Assembly (NCBI GenBank): GCA_003345555.1
Contig: PRDJ01000033.1
Location: forward strand, 13,564-45,563
DNA from: Candidatus Thorarchaeota archaeon
Lineage (GTDB): Archaea > Asgardarchaeota > Thorarchaeia > Thorarchaeales > Thorarchaeaceae
DNA length: 32,000 bases
Reading direction: 5' to 3'
In this document: positions 1-8,758 of the stretch, piece by piece
How positions within the stretch are numbered: the stretch's first letter is position 1
Layout of the letters: each line of letters starts with the position of its first letter
Translations under genes and position numbers: made by a program
Notes under the pieces: model-generated
Database searches by the model: none
Seen by the model: only the letters and a program-made list of their open reading frames with translations
Told to the model about the DNA's origin: nothing

Positions 1-435
1 AAGAGCCAAGTCGTCGCGCTCCCAATCTGTCGGTTCGTAAAGCTTTCCATTATCGTACAGGGCCTTTCGTGATGTCACATAGCCCGGTGGTGTTATGCCC
101 TTGCGAAATGCCATGTTCTTGAGGCCAAAGATTATGTCAGTTATCTCGATTCCCTGAGGACAACGCTGCTGGCATTGATAACACGTAGTGCAGAGCCAGA
201 CCATGTCCGTGTCAAGGACTTCCCTGAAACCGAACAAGAGCATCCTCATCAACTCGTGGACTTGGATGTTCACTTTGTCAGAGACAGGGCACCCTGCGCT
301 GCACTTTGCGCACTGAAAACACGCGGTCAGGTCCTGCCCACCAATCAGCTTTGAGACCTCCTTCGTGAATTCAGCATCAAGTGCCTCGAACTTCTTGCCT
401 TCGAAGGACTTCAGCTGACCCCAGTTCTCTGCCAT
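1..435 (-). CDS. hdrC: Heterodisulfide reductase subunit C (third copy; 3' end runs off the window)
   Basis: Not in the ORF track; translated by hand from ATG at 435: MAENWGQLKSFEGKKFEALDAEFTKEV...CFQCAKCSAGCP...WLCTTCYQCQQRCPQGIEITDIIFGLKNMA. Two CxxCxxCxxxCP motifs; starts 4 nt after the hdrA stop. Confidence 0.9.
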   Translation of the reverse strand, partial: MAENWGQLKSFEGKKFEALDAEFTKEVSKLIGGQDLTACFQCAKCSAGCPVSDKVNIQVHELMRMLLFGFREVLDTDMVWLCTTCYQCQQRCPQGIEITDIIFGLKNMAFRKGITPPGYVTSRKALYDNGKLYEPTDWERDDLAL

Positions 436-439
436 TGAT

Positions 440-3400
440 TCATTTCCTCCTTGGTCTCAGAGGACTCGGTCCCAACTTGTCAGCGAGCTCAGAGAGCTTC
501 CGCACTGTGTCAGCCCAGATTGAGCCCTCGCTTGCACTAATGTGAGTGAACTGGAGCCGCTCGGTCTCAAGTCCCGCTTTCTCTAGTATCTTCTTCGCAA
601 TTGCGAATCTTCTCTCGAAGGTGATATTACCATCGACATAGTGACAGTCGCCTGTGTGACAACCGGATATCCAAACCATGTCTGCTCCGAGCCTGAATGC
701 TTCAAGGATGTGAGTGACACTAATGCGTCCGGTGCACATGACACGTATGTCTCGAACGTTGGTCGGCTGTTGAAACCTCGAGACACCCGCATTATCGGCC
801 CCGGCGTAGCTGCACCAGTTGCACACTATTGTTAGAATGCGTGATTGGTTTGCGGGCATGTCTTCGAGCGCCGCACGAATCTGAGAGAGTATCTGATCGT
901 CAGTGAAGTGCTTCATTGTGATAGCACCAGTGGGGCATCCGGCGGCACACTTTCCACAGCCCGCACAGAGCACGGGATTCGATACAGCATAGTCGTGACC
1001 GCCTTGGCCCGGAACAACCTCTATTGCATTGTAGGCACAATTGATTTCGCACGTGCCGCAGCCTACGCAGACCTCGGGATCCACAACAGAAACTATCGCC
1101 TCGGCCTTCCGAACACCCGTCACTAAAGGTACAAGTGCGCGAGCAGCCGCACCTCTTCCCTGTGCAATGGATTCATCGATTGACTTGGGTGCTGTTGCAG
1201 TCCCGGCCACATAGACACCATCTGTCTGGAAGTCCACCGGTCTCAGCTTCGGGTGTGCTTCCATGAAAAACCCAGACATGTTCAGCGGGACCTTGAATAG
1301 CTCTGAGATTTGCTTGTTGGTCTCCCGCGGAACCATCGCTGTTGCTAACACAACGTGATCAACATCAAGCCCTAGCTTCGCTCCGAGTATCTGGTCAGTG
1401 ACTTCTACCCTGAGGGGCCTGTTCTTCCCCTTCTTTACCTCTGGAGGCGAGTCCTTGTCGAATCTGATGAAAACAACACCTTTCTTCCGAGCTTCGCGGT
1501 ACCTGTCCTCTGCTGTGTAGGATACTCTCAGGTCCCTGTACAGATGGAATACCCGCGAATTGGGATACTTCTCGAGGAGCTCAAGAGTATGCTCAAGAGC
1601 AACAGTGCAGCAGATTCCCGAACACCAAGTTCGCGACCCTTCAAGAGACTCATCTTGGCGGGAACCAGCACAGTGGATTACAGCGAAAGTCTCTCCATCT
1701 TGGAATGCGTCGTCTTGTGCGAGCCGCTGATTCAGCTCAAGCTCTGTAGTGACATCGGGGAACTTCTGGAGGCCGTAGAGGCCCTTCTCCTCCAGCTGGA
1801 CTGCCCCCGTTGCAACGACGACAACCCCGACCTTCAGTTCCCGCTTCTGCTTCTTGCTTGTCATGACCGTTACTTCAAAATCACCAATCGATCCTTTGGC
1901 ATCCGTAACCTCCGAGTTTAGCATTAGCTCGATGTTAGAGTTGCCCTTGACCATTCGTTCGTGTTGTCCCACAATGTCTAGGGCAGGTGTGAAATCGAAG
2001 TTGACCGTGTGCAGCTGGCTCAATAGGCCGCCGACCTTGTCTTCCCTCTCTACAAGATATGTCTTGAACCCCTTGTCAGCTATCAGTTCTGCAGCTGACA
2101 TTCCGGCCACACCAGCTCCGATTACGAGAACCGCAGGCTCAACTTTCGTGGCTGCCTCTTCTTCAGGCTCGAGCAGTCTGGACTTGGCTACAGCCATTCG
2201 GACAAGATCCATGGCTTTCGCGGTGGCTTCATCTTTGGCACCTTGGTGTATCCATGAACAATGCTCACGTATGTTAGCCATTTCAAAAAGATACTTGTTG
2301 AGCCCAGCTTCTTCGGTTGTCGCTCTGAATAGGGGCTCGTGGGTTCTCGGTGTGCAGGAGGCTACAACAACACGATTGAGCTTGTGTTCCTTGATTGCAT
2401 CCTTGATGACGACTTGAGCATCTGATGAACAGGAATAAAGCAGATTCTGAGCATGAACGACATTAGGCAGCGAGCCTGCATAGCGAGTAACTTCTGCAAC
2501 GTCCACTGTTCCGGCAATATTGACACCACAAGAACAAACAAAGACGCCGATGCGGGGTTCTCCTGTTGCGAGTTCGGTGATGGTCTGTGTCGCCGCCTCA
2601 AGCTCAGGCGCCTTGGGGATGACTATATCAAGCGCTGCCAGTGCGGCAGCAGCGCTTCCCTGAGCGACTGAGTCAGGAATATCCTTAGGGCCATTCACTG
2701 TCCCACACATGTGAATTCCCGGGACACCGGTCTGGACACTTTCAACACGACCGGCCATGCCCTCCAAGTAGCCGTAGCTATCAATCTGAACACCGAGCTT
2801 CTGAAACAGATCTTGATTCTCGTTATGGACCATGGCCGGGCATAGGATGACTAAGTCGTAGCGATCCTGTAGAATCTCACGTCCTTTCATATCACTATGC
2901 CTGACAAGCAGGTCTCTGCTATCGCGGTCTTCGATGATTTCGCTGGGGAGACCCTTCACATAATTGATGCCATATTCCTTCTCGCCCCGCACGAGGAATT
3001 CCTCGAAGCCCTTACCAAAGGCACGCATGTCATTGTACAGAATGTCAATGTGGACCTCGGGCATATGCTCCTTCGTTATGATTGCCTCTTTCGTGGCATA
3101 TGTGCAACATATCCTTGAACAGTAAGGACAATGGTTCACATCACGTGAACCCACACACTGAACGAACGCAATTCGATGAGGTTCTCGACCATCGGAGGGA
3201 CGCATGATGACTCCCCCGGTGGGTCCGCTCGCAGAGACCATTCTCTCATACTCAAGACTTGTGACAACATTCGGGTACCGTCCGTAGCCCAGTTCCGGCA
3301 CGGTGGATGCGTCGAGAAGCCTGTAGCCAGTTGCAACAATGATTGAGCCAGCATTGATCTCAACCGTCTCATCCGGGCGTTCAAAATCGATTGCTTGGGC

Positions 3401-3904
3401 CTTGCAGCCATTCGCACAGGTCATGCACTGAATGCAGTTCTCGATGTCGATAGTCGCAATGTTGGGTACAGCCTGTGGGAATGGGATGTAGGCTGCTTTT
3501 CTCATCTTTAGGCCAAGGTCGTACTCGTTCGGAACCTCGATTGGACACACTCTCTGGCAATCGCCACAGCCAGTACACTTGTTCGAATCCACACGGCGTG
3601 TATGCTTCAGGACCTTCACTGTGAAGTCGCCCTGATTACCTGATACCTCTGTGACCTCAGAATAGGCCAGAATCGTGATATTGGGATTTCGTGAGCAATC
3701 GACCATCCATGGCCCCATGATGCACATCGAACAATCTAGGGTCGGGAACGTCTTGTCGAGCTGAGCCATGTGTCCACCGATGGATGGCTGCCTCTCGACC
3801 ATGTACACCCTAACGCCCATTCCGGCTAGGTCTAATGCAGCACGGATACCAGCGATTCCCGCGCCTATGATAACTACAGGTCTTGTTGAGGTCTCTGCCA
3901 TCAT
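440..3904 (-). CDS. hdrA: Large HdrA with two FAD/thioredoxin-reductase-like modules and a fused C-terminal MvhD
   Basis: IGAGIAG and IGAGVAG dinucleotide motifs; KTFPTLDCSMC; inserted ferredoxin (CTGCGDCQRVCP, CIQCMTCANGC); QCVGSRD..YCSRICC and HCAGSR..WCSGICC cluster motifs; HdrA N-terminal domain located mid-protein (GVFVCSCG, SCTPRTHE, NIREHCSW); C-terminal ferredoxin; MvhD motifs CNWCSYAGAD, VMCTGR, GCHTGDCHY, ISASEG. Confidence 0.95.
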   Translation of the reverse strand: MMAETSTRPVVIIGAGIAGIRAALDLAGMGVRVYMVERQPSIGGHMAQLDKTFPTLDCSMCIMGPWMVDCSRNPNITILAYSEVTEVSGNQGDFTVKVLKHTRRVDSNKCTGCGDCQRVCPIEVPNEYDLGLKMRKAAYIPFPQAVPNIATIDIENCIQCMTCANGCKAQAIDFERPDETVEINAGSIIVATGYRLLDASTVPELGYGRYPNVVTSLEYERMVSASGPTGGVIMRPSDGREPHRIAFVQCVGSRDVNHCPYCSRICCTYATKEAIITKEHMPEVHIDILYNDMRAFGKGFEEFLVRGEKEYGINYVKGLPSEIIEDRDSRDLLVRHSDMKGREILQDRYDLVILCPAMVHNENQDLFQKLGVQIDSYGYLEGMAGRVESVQTGVPGIHMCGTVNGPKDIPDSVAQGSAAAALAALDIVIPKAPELEAATQTITELATGEPRIGVFVCSCGVNIAGTVDVAEVTRYAGSLPNVVHAQNLLYSCSSDAQVVIKDAIKEHKLNRVVVASCTPRTHEPLFRATTEEAGLNKYLFEMANIREHCSWIHQGAKDEATAKAMDLVRMAVAKSRLLEPEEEAATKVEPAVLVIGAGVAGMSAAELIADKGFKTYLVEREDKVGGLLSQLHTVNFDFTPALDIVGQHERMVKGNSNIELMLNSEVTDAKGSIGDFEVTVMTSKKQKRELKVGVVVVATGAVQLEEKGLYGLQKFPDVTTELELNQRLAQDDAFQDGETFAVIHCAGSRQDESLEGSRTWCSGICCTVALEHTLELLEKYPNSRVFHLYRDLRVSYTAEDRYREARKKGVVFIRFDKDSPPEVKKGKNRPLRVEVTDQILGAKLGLDVDHVVLATAMVPRETNKQISELFKVPLNMSGFFMEAHPKLRPVDFQTDGVYVAGTATAPKSIDESIAQGRGAAARALVPLVTGVRKAEAIVSVVDPEVCVGCGTCEINCAYNAIEVVPGQGGHDYAVSNPVLCAGCGKCAAGCPTGAITMKHFTDDQILSQIRAALEDMPANQSRILTIVCNWCSYAGADNAGVSRFQQPTNVRDIRVMCTGRISVTHILEAFRLGADMVWISGCHTGDCHYVDGNITFERRFAIAKKILEKAGLETERLQFTHISASEGSIWADTVRKLSELADKLGPSPLRPRRK

Positions 3905-3977
3905 TTGTCCCTTTAGGGGTGATATGTAGCGGCCTCATGGTTGGACGATAAAACGTTTGTTCTAGCGGAGATTCTTT

Positions 3978-4877
3978 TCACGTTGTGCCAAGACTCAGAA
4001 TCATGTCTTTCAGATTCTTCACAATCCTGAGTGCATCATCCCAGTCACGCTGCCAGAGGTTCCTGCCGAAAATCAAACCTGCAGCTCCTTCTTGTAAGCA
4101 CACCCTTGCCTTGTGGAGGATTTCGTCATCATCAATCTTACCCCCGCCTGAGAAGAGCACGAGAGTCTTGCCAGCTGAATGTATCACCTTCCTCACGCGT
4201 TCATCATAGCTCAGGTTCAATGAGTCGTAGGGTTTCGGTTGTAGAGACCTTGTTTTTGGATCATCATTGGGAACGTTGATCTTGACTAGGTCTGCTCCAA
4301 GCTCACTTGCCACGCGAGCTGCGTAGTCGACTGCATATAGAGAATCGCGTCCGCCCTTCGAATCTACCGCTGCTCCTCTTGGGTATGCCCACATGACGAT
4401 TGGCATACCATAACGGTCAGCATCAGCTTTGACTTTCCTGAATTGGTTGAAATCTTCAACCTGCCTTGGACTACCCACAAAAAGAGTGTACCCCACAGCA
4501 TCTGCACCGATTCTGACCGCGTCTTCAACCGAGGCCGTCATGGGTGAGACAGGGTAACCCTCGCTAGGAATGCTCGTCTTACCATTGAGCTTGAGGATAA
4601 TCGGGACCTTGCCGGCATACTTCGATGCATACTTCTCGGCCAGACCCAAGTGAAGCGCAACTCCTGACAGACCGCCCTCAAGAGCGAGCCTGAACTGAAA
4701 CGTGGGGTCCTCAGAGGGGGGATTCGGGAGGAAGTCTATCGGACCGTGCTCGAGCCCTTGGTCAATTGGCATTATGAGCATATGCCCGTTGCCCGGACCG
4801 TGCTCATACATGAGTCGATGTAGCCTGATTCTCTTCCCGAGGCTGAGGTAGTCCATGTCGTCCAGCCAGTTCTTCAA
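3978..4877 (-). CDS. fba: Class I (DhnA-type) fructose-bisphosphate aldolase family protein
   Basis: PIDQGLEHGP, GADAVGYTLFVGS, WAYPRG (catalytic Tyr), GADLVK (Schiff-base Lys), GLIFGRN; TTG start with GAGGT upstream. Confidence 0.85.
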   Translation of the reverse strand: MKNWLDDMDYLSLGKRIRLHRLMYEHGPGNGHMLIMPIDQGLEHGPIDFLPNPPSEDPTFQFRLALEGGLSGVALHLGLAEKYASKYAGKVPIILKLNGKTSIPSEGYPVSPMTASVEDAVRIGADAVGYTLFVGSPRQVEDFNQFRKVKADADRYGMPIVMWAYPRGAAVDSKGGRDSLYAVDYAARVASELGADLVKINVPNDDPKTRSLQPKPYDSLNLSYDERVRKVIHSAGKTLVLFSGGGKIDDDEILHKARVCLQEGAAGLIFGRNLWQRDWDDALRIVKNLKDMILSLGTT

Positions 4878-4925
4878 AGCACGTAGACCTCGGTTTTACC
4901 AATGAAGCGGTCCTTCATAAACATT

Positions 4926-5870
4926 CTAGGCCGTTGCCTTTGCCTTGGCCCTGAGGTTGAGCCGCTCCCAATTAGGCTCGGTCTTCCTCTGCGAATACTG
5001 TAGATGGTTGGCGAGCCCGAATTCATCCGGCTCATGGCCAAAAGCGAGTGCTAGCAGCTCAGATACGTGCATGATATCGAACTTGTACTCGACTCCGAAG
5101 AGTTTCTGGATCTCTACTTGGCCCGTGTCAAGCTGAAGCAAACAGAACGGGCACGGGGTCACAATAACATCGGCACCACCTGCAGCCGCAATGCTGTCGA
5201 ATTTCTGCTTCGTGAAGTCGAGAGAAGTCTTGAGATCTGCAGTCCTTACCGCGCCACCGGCGCCACAGCAAATCAGCTCATCCTTGTAGTGGACGTACTT
5301 GGCACCGCTAGTTTCGCAGATTTCCCTGAATATGTGAGGCCGCTCGCTATCGTCTTTCTTCTTTACTAGTTTCGGTCTCATCCAGTGACATCCAGGATGA
5401 AGGGCCATTCTGACTCCATTCAGTGGGCGCGTGACATGCTCCTTAACCTTCTGAGTACCAACAACGTCGTGGAGCACATCGAGGTAGTGTGTCACCTCGA
5501 TTGTGCCTTTGAACTCACGCCCGATATCAGCTAGGTTGCGGTTCACGGCAGCCCTAAGCTCCTCGTCTTCCTTCAACTCATGGTTTGAGTCCCACAAGCT
5601 GGCGAAGCAACCGTTGCACCCAGTTGTAATGGGGTGGCCACCTTGCTCTGCAATAGTCAGATTTCGAGCAGCAATGGTAGCCCACGTGACTCTGTCAAAT
5701 GAACCGAACACGCCCGGAGCAGGACAACAGCTCGCCCCAACCATGTCAAGCAAGTCTATACCTAAGTCGTTGAAGACGAGTTTCGTTGCTTTCTCGATGC
5801 TCGGATATCGATGCGGAATAATGCAGCCCAGAAAATGATAGTATGCAGGTCGCTTCGACAAGCCGTTCAC
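4926..5870 (-). CDS. hdrB: Heterodisulfide reductase subunit B (methanogen type)
   Basis: Two complete CCG domains: FLGC, GASCCPAPGVFGSFD, GCNGC, PGCH, CCGAGG, PCPFC. GTGA overlap with the upstream hdrC. Confidence 0.95.
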   Translation of the reverse strand: MNGLSKRPAYYHFLGCIIPHRYPSIEKATKLVFNDLGIDLLDMVGASCCPAPGVFGSFDRVTWATIAARNLTIAEQGGHPITTGCNGCFASLWDSNHELKEDEELRAAVNRNLADIGREFKGTIEVTHYLDVLHDVVGTQKVKEHVTRPLNGVRMALHPGCHWMRPKLVKKKDDSERPHIFREICETSGAKYVHYKDELICCGAGGAVRTADLKTSLDFTKQKFDSIAAAGGADVIVTPCPFCLLQLDTGQVEIQKLFGVEYKFDIMHVSELLALAFGHEPDEFGLANHLQYSQRKTEPNWERLNLRAKAKATA

Positions 5871-6436
5871 TTCTCCTTCTTTTCCGCAGCGGGTGGTTCC
5901 TCAGTATAACCAATCAGTTTGTCAAATCCGCTCTTCTTGGCTATCTTGCGAATCTCCTGCGCCACCTTCGGACTCGACGACCCATTTGGAGGCAATGGTT
6001 CGAGACCGGATTTCTTCCTCAGTTCGGACCACGTATCCTTGTCAAGAGGCACAGCATGTCCGGACTCCATCACTTTCTTTGCTGTGTCCTGATGTGACTT
6101 GAGCATGTGTCCCTCTGCGACGGCGACGTTTCTGATTGCCTTGATGACATCGGTTGGCTTCACATCTTGCGGACAACGATCCGTGCACATGTAGCAGGTG
6201 GTACAGTACCAAAGCTCAGGAGCGGTGATGACCTCGTTCTTCAGGCCAAGCAGAGCCTTCCTTATGATTCCTCTCACAAGATAGTTAGTGCGGGCTCCCG
6301 CGGGGCAAGATCCAGAGCAAGTGCCACATTGGTAGCAGCTTTGGATGTTTGGTCCGCCGGCCTTCTTGATCATTTCGATGAATTCAAGGTCCACCTCGTC
6401 AACGTCAACCGGGGGTCTTTCTTCAACAATTGTCAA
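5867..6436 (-). CDS. hdrC: Heterodisulfide reductase subunit C
   Basis: CYQCGTCSGSCP, LWYCTTCYMCTDRCP, GHAVP. Start moved to TTG at 6436 because AGGTG lies just upstream (track gives 6466). Confidence 0.93.
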   Translation of the reverse strand: MTIVEERPPVDVDEVDLEFIEMIKKAGGPNIQSCYQCGTCSGSCPAGARTNYLVRGIIRKALLGLKNEVITAPELWYCTTCYMCTDRCPQDVKPTDVIKAIRNVAVAEGHMLKSHQDTAKKVMESGHAVPLDKDTWSELRKKSGLEPLPPNGSSSPKVAQEIRKIAKKSGFDKLIGYTEEPPAAEKKEK

Positions 6437-6569
6437 GTTCGGGCACCTGAGCGTTCGGACCAGCAAATGGTTCGGCCTTTTATCCGTTGCTTCATGGCTA
6501 CTGTTATTATGCGTTCGTTATGTGGCACAACGGAAAGGTTGAATCGAACGAGTGGAATAGAGGATCGGA

Positions 6570-7649
6570 ATGTTCTGCCCAAACCATTGTGACGAGAAGC
6601 GGCTTGTTTCATGCTCTGTAGGGTACTGCCCAGAGTGCCTTGCCGCTGATAGCCGATTGCTGGAAAGAGTGTTGAACGTGCACAGAGCCAGCAGAAACCA
6701 CGCTGGCCTGATTCAGGGTGTCCCAGCCACCGGTCCACATGTATGTCCGGAATGCGCAAATCATTGCAGGCTAAGTGATGGCCAGACGGGATTCTGTAAT
6801 GGCAGAAAGGCGACGGCGTCGGGCATAATCGAGAGATACCCGGGCAGGGCGGTCGTCTACTGGTACTTCGATCCATTGCCTACAAATTGCGTGGGGGACT
6901 GGGCCTGCTCGCTCACTCGTCCGGAGAAGAAGTCATGCCTCCCTTACCTGAAGAACCTGGCCGTGTTCTACGGGTCTTGCAGCTCTGACTGTCTCTTCTG
7001 CCAAAACATAGGCTATCGTGACATGATGGCAAGAGGACGACCTCTGATGACTCCCGAAGAACTTGCATCAGTGGCAGACGACAGGACAGCGTGCGTCTGC
7101 TATTTCGGGGGAGATCCATCGTGCAATGCGAAGCATTCAGTCGAAACGGCCAAGCTGGTTAGACAGGAACGGGACCTGAAGGTCTGTTATGAGACCAACG
7201 GCCTCATCTCCAGCAAGTGGCTACAGCGGATTGCCGATGTGGTATGGGAAAGCAGAGGACCAATCAAGTTCGACCTTAAGGCGTTCACCCCGGAACTCTA
7301 TACGGCATTAACGGGAGTGTCTAATGCATCTGTTCTCAGGAATTTCAGAACGCTGGCCCAACGAGGAAAGAACCGTGAAGAGGAATTCCTCATTGCCAGC
7401 ATATTGCTTGTGCCAGGGTATGTCGGAGTGTCAGAGGTCAGAAAGCTGGCAGACTTCATCGCTGCCTGTGACGCAACCATTCCGACTGCGCTCCTAGGTT
7501 TCTTTCCACATCACATGATGAGTGACTTGCCTTGCACTAGCATAGCACACGCGAATGCCGCGGTTAAGGCAGCAAGGGATGCGGGGCTAATGAACGTTAG
7601 AGTGGGAAATACTGGACTACTCTCTTCAGTAGAGTACACGGTCAGCTAG
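6570..7649 (+). CDS. Radical SAM protein (PflA/AmmeMemoRadiSam-related) with extra N-terminal Cys-rich segments
   Basis: CSSDCLFCQN (CxxxCxxC), YFGGDPS, ETNG, DLKAF, LLVPGY; N-terminal CPNHC, CPEC and CPECANHC..GFC motifs. Confidence 0.85.
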   Translation: MFCPNHCDEKRLVSCSVGYCPECLAADSRLLERVLNVHRASRNHAGLIQGVPATGPHVCPECANHCRLSDGQTGFCNGRKATASGIIERYPGRAVVYWYFDPLPTNCVGDWACSLTRPEKKSCLPYLKNLAVFYGSCSSDCLFCQNIGYRDMMARGRPLMTPEELASVADDRTACVCYFGGDPSCNAKHSVETAKLVRQERDLKVCYETNGLISSKWLQRIADVVWESRGPIKFDLKAFTPELYTALTGVSNASVLRNFRTLAQRGKNREEEFLIASILLVPGYVGVSEVRKLADFIAACDATIPTALLGFFPHHMMSDLPCTSIAHANAAVKAARDAGLMNVRVGNTGLLSSVEYTVS

Positions 7650-7875
7650 AGGCAGCTAGGGACATCAGATGATTGCTGCCCTCACGAGCTCATGTGAACA
7701 AGCGTCCATCCTCGGGCTCTCGTGGCCAATGCCCCGAGAAAGGGGAAATGTATAAAGGACCGCAGGACAAGGCTCTAAGATTGCAAGTGTGGCTCGTGTA
7801 CAAGCCTCGGGTGAGGTATCAAGAGTACACGAAGACAAACTGGCGTCCTTTCCCACCACAGGAGGTAACGAAGCT

Positions 7876-8328
7876 ATGGTCGCGAGTCCGATTACGACAT
7901 ATCTCTACGTGATAAGCCTGATTCTGGTCTACGGTTCCCTGGGAATTGCCTTTGCGGTCGGTGCTTCCATGACAATATTCGTCATCGACGGCGTTCTCTG
8001 CATACTGTCGCTTGCTCTGCTTCAGGGGCTCCGTTGCGCTATCACTGGCAAGACCGTAACCGTGGCACCTGGCCCCATGGCCGTTACACGATATCAGCAG
8101 CAATCCGATGGGGTTCATGCTGTAACTGAAAGTAGGTGGAGTGCTGGAGGGACCTACGGTGCACGATACTACGGTCTCCTGTTTGGGTGTCTGGGCCTGC
8201 TCTTCGGGCTCATGATTGGATTTGGTGGGGAGATGTACGAGCAAGATACCTTTCCAGCCGTGACTCTCTTAGCCAGTACCATCTTCGCTATCATCGGGGC
8301 GATAGCGTACAAACCCACTAGCAGCTGA
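7876..8328 (+). CDS. Small integral membrane protein (about 4 TM), unknown function
   Basis: GGAGGT 9 nt before ATG at 7876; four hydrophobic stretches; TATA-like TGTATAAA near 7750. Confidence 0.7.
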   Translation: MVASPITTYLYVISLILVYGSLGIAFAVGASMTIFVIDGVLCILSLALLQGLRCAITGKTVTVAPGPMAVTRYQQQSDGVHAVTESRWSAGGTYGARYYGLLFGCLGLLFGLMIGFGGEMYEQDTFPAVTLLASTIFAIIGAIAYKPTSS

Positions 8329-8344
8329 ATTGCACCGTATAGTA

Positions 8345-8673
8345 GTCACTCTTGACCTTGAGGCATTCGCTCAAGGAGTCTGCATCCATCCCGGCTGTCT
8401 ACTAGATTGCGAGTCGCGACGAACATACCGCTTGTGCCGGGATATGTTTGAGTGTCAGAGGTTAGAAGACGGACAGATTTCATTGCCAGCTGCGACCCCA
8501 CTATTCCGACAGCGCTCCTAGGCTTCATCCCGCATCATATGACGAGTGGCCTGCCTTGCACTGCCAGAGCACATACAGATGCAACTGTCAAGGCGACGCA
8601 AAAGGCAGGGCTAACGAACATAAGAGATAGAAACAAGGGTTTTCCGTCCAGCAGGGAGTACAACCTACAGTGA
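8345..8673 (+). pseudogene. Decayed 3' fragment of a paralog of the radical SAM gene
   Basis: 8431-8673 is colinear with 7407-7649 (about 68% nt identity by hand count) with GGA->TGA at 8449-8451; DLEAF (8354) matches DLKAF (7272) but is offset by a 58-nt frameshifting deletion. Confidence 0.85.
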
Positions 8674-8758
8674 TGACAAAGAGTGCACAATGTACAAGTA
8701 CTCTGAATGCGTTTATGCCAAGCTCTCAGCCACTGTCAGTATCATGAGTGAGTGAAAG

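Noticed and set aside
3575-3600. GTTCGAATCC resembling a tRNA T-loop
   Set aside because: It lies inside the hdrA coding sequence and no cloverleaf forms around it.
440-3904. Selenocysteine recoding in HdrA/MvhD, which are selenoproteins in Methanococcales and Lokiarchaeia
   Set aside because: The ORF is uninterrupted with no in-frame TGA, and all motif positions are Cys.
6440-6535. SECIS-like AUGA..AAA hairpin upstream of the first hdrC (minus strand)
   Set aside because: The 3' side reads GG rather than GA at the quartet, and no nearby gene has an in-frame TGA.
6433-6876. 147-aa minus-strand ORF spanning the hdrC/radical SAM junction
   Set aside because: It overlaps a real gene on the opposite strand and has no recognisable features.
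8449-8451. TGA in the radical SAM relic as a possible Sec codon
   Set aside because: It aligns to Gly (GGA), and the fragment also has a frameshifting deletion.
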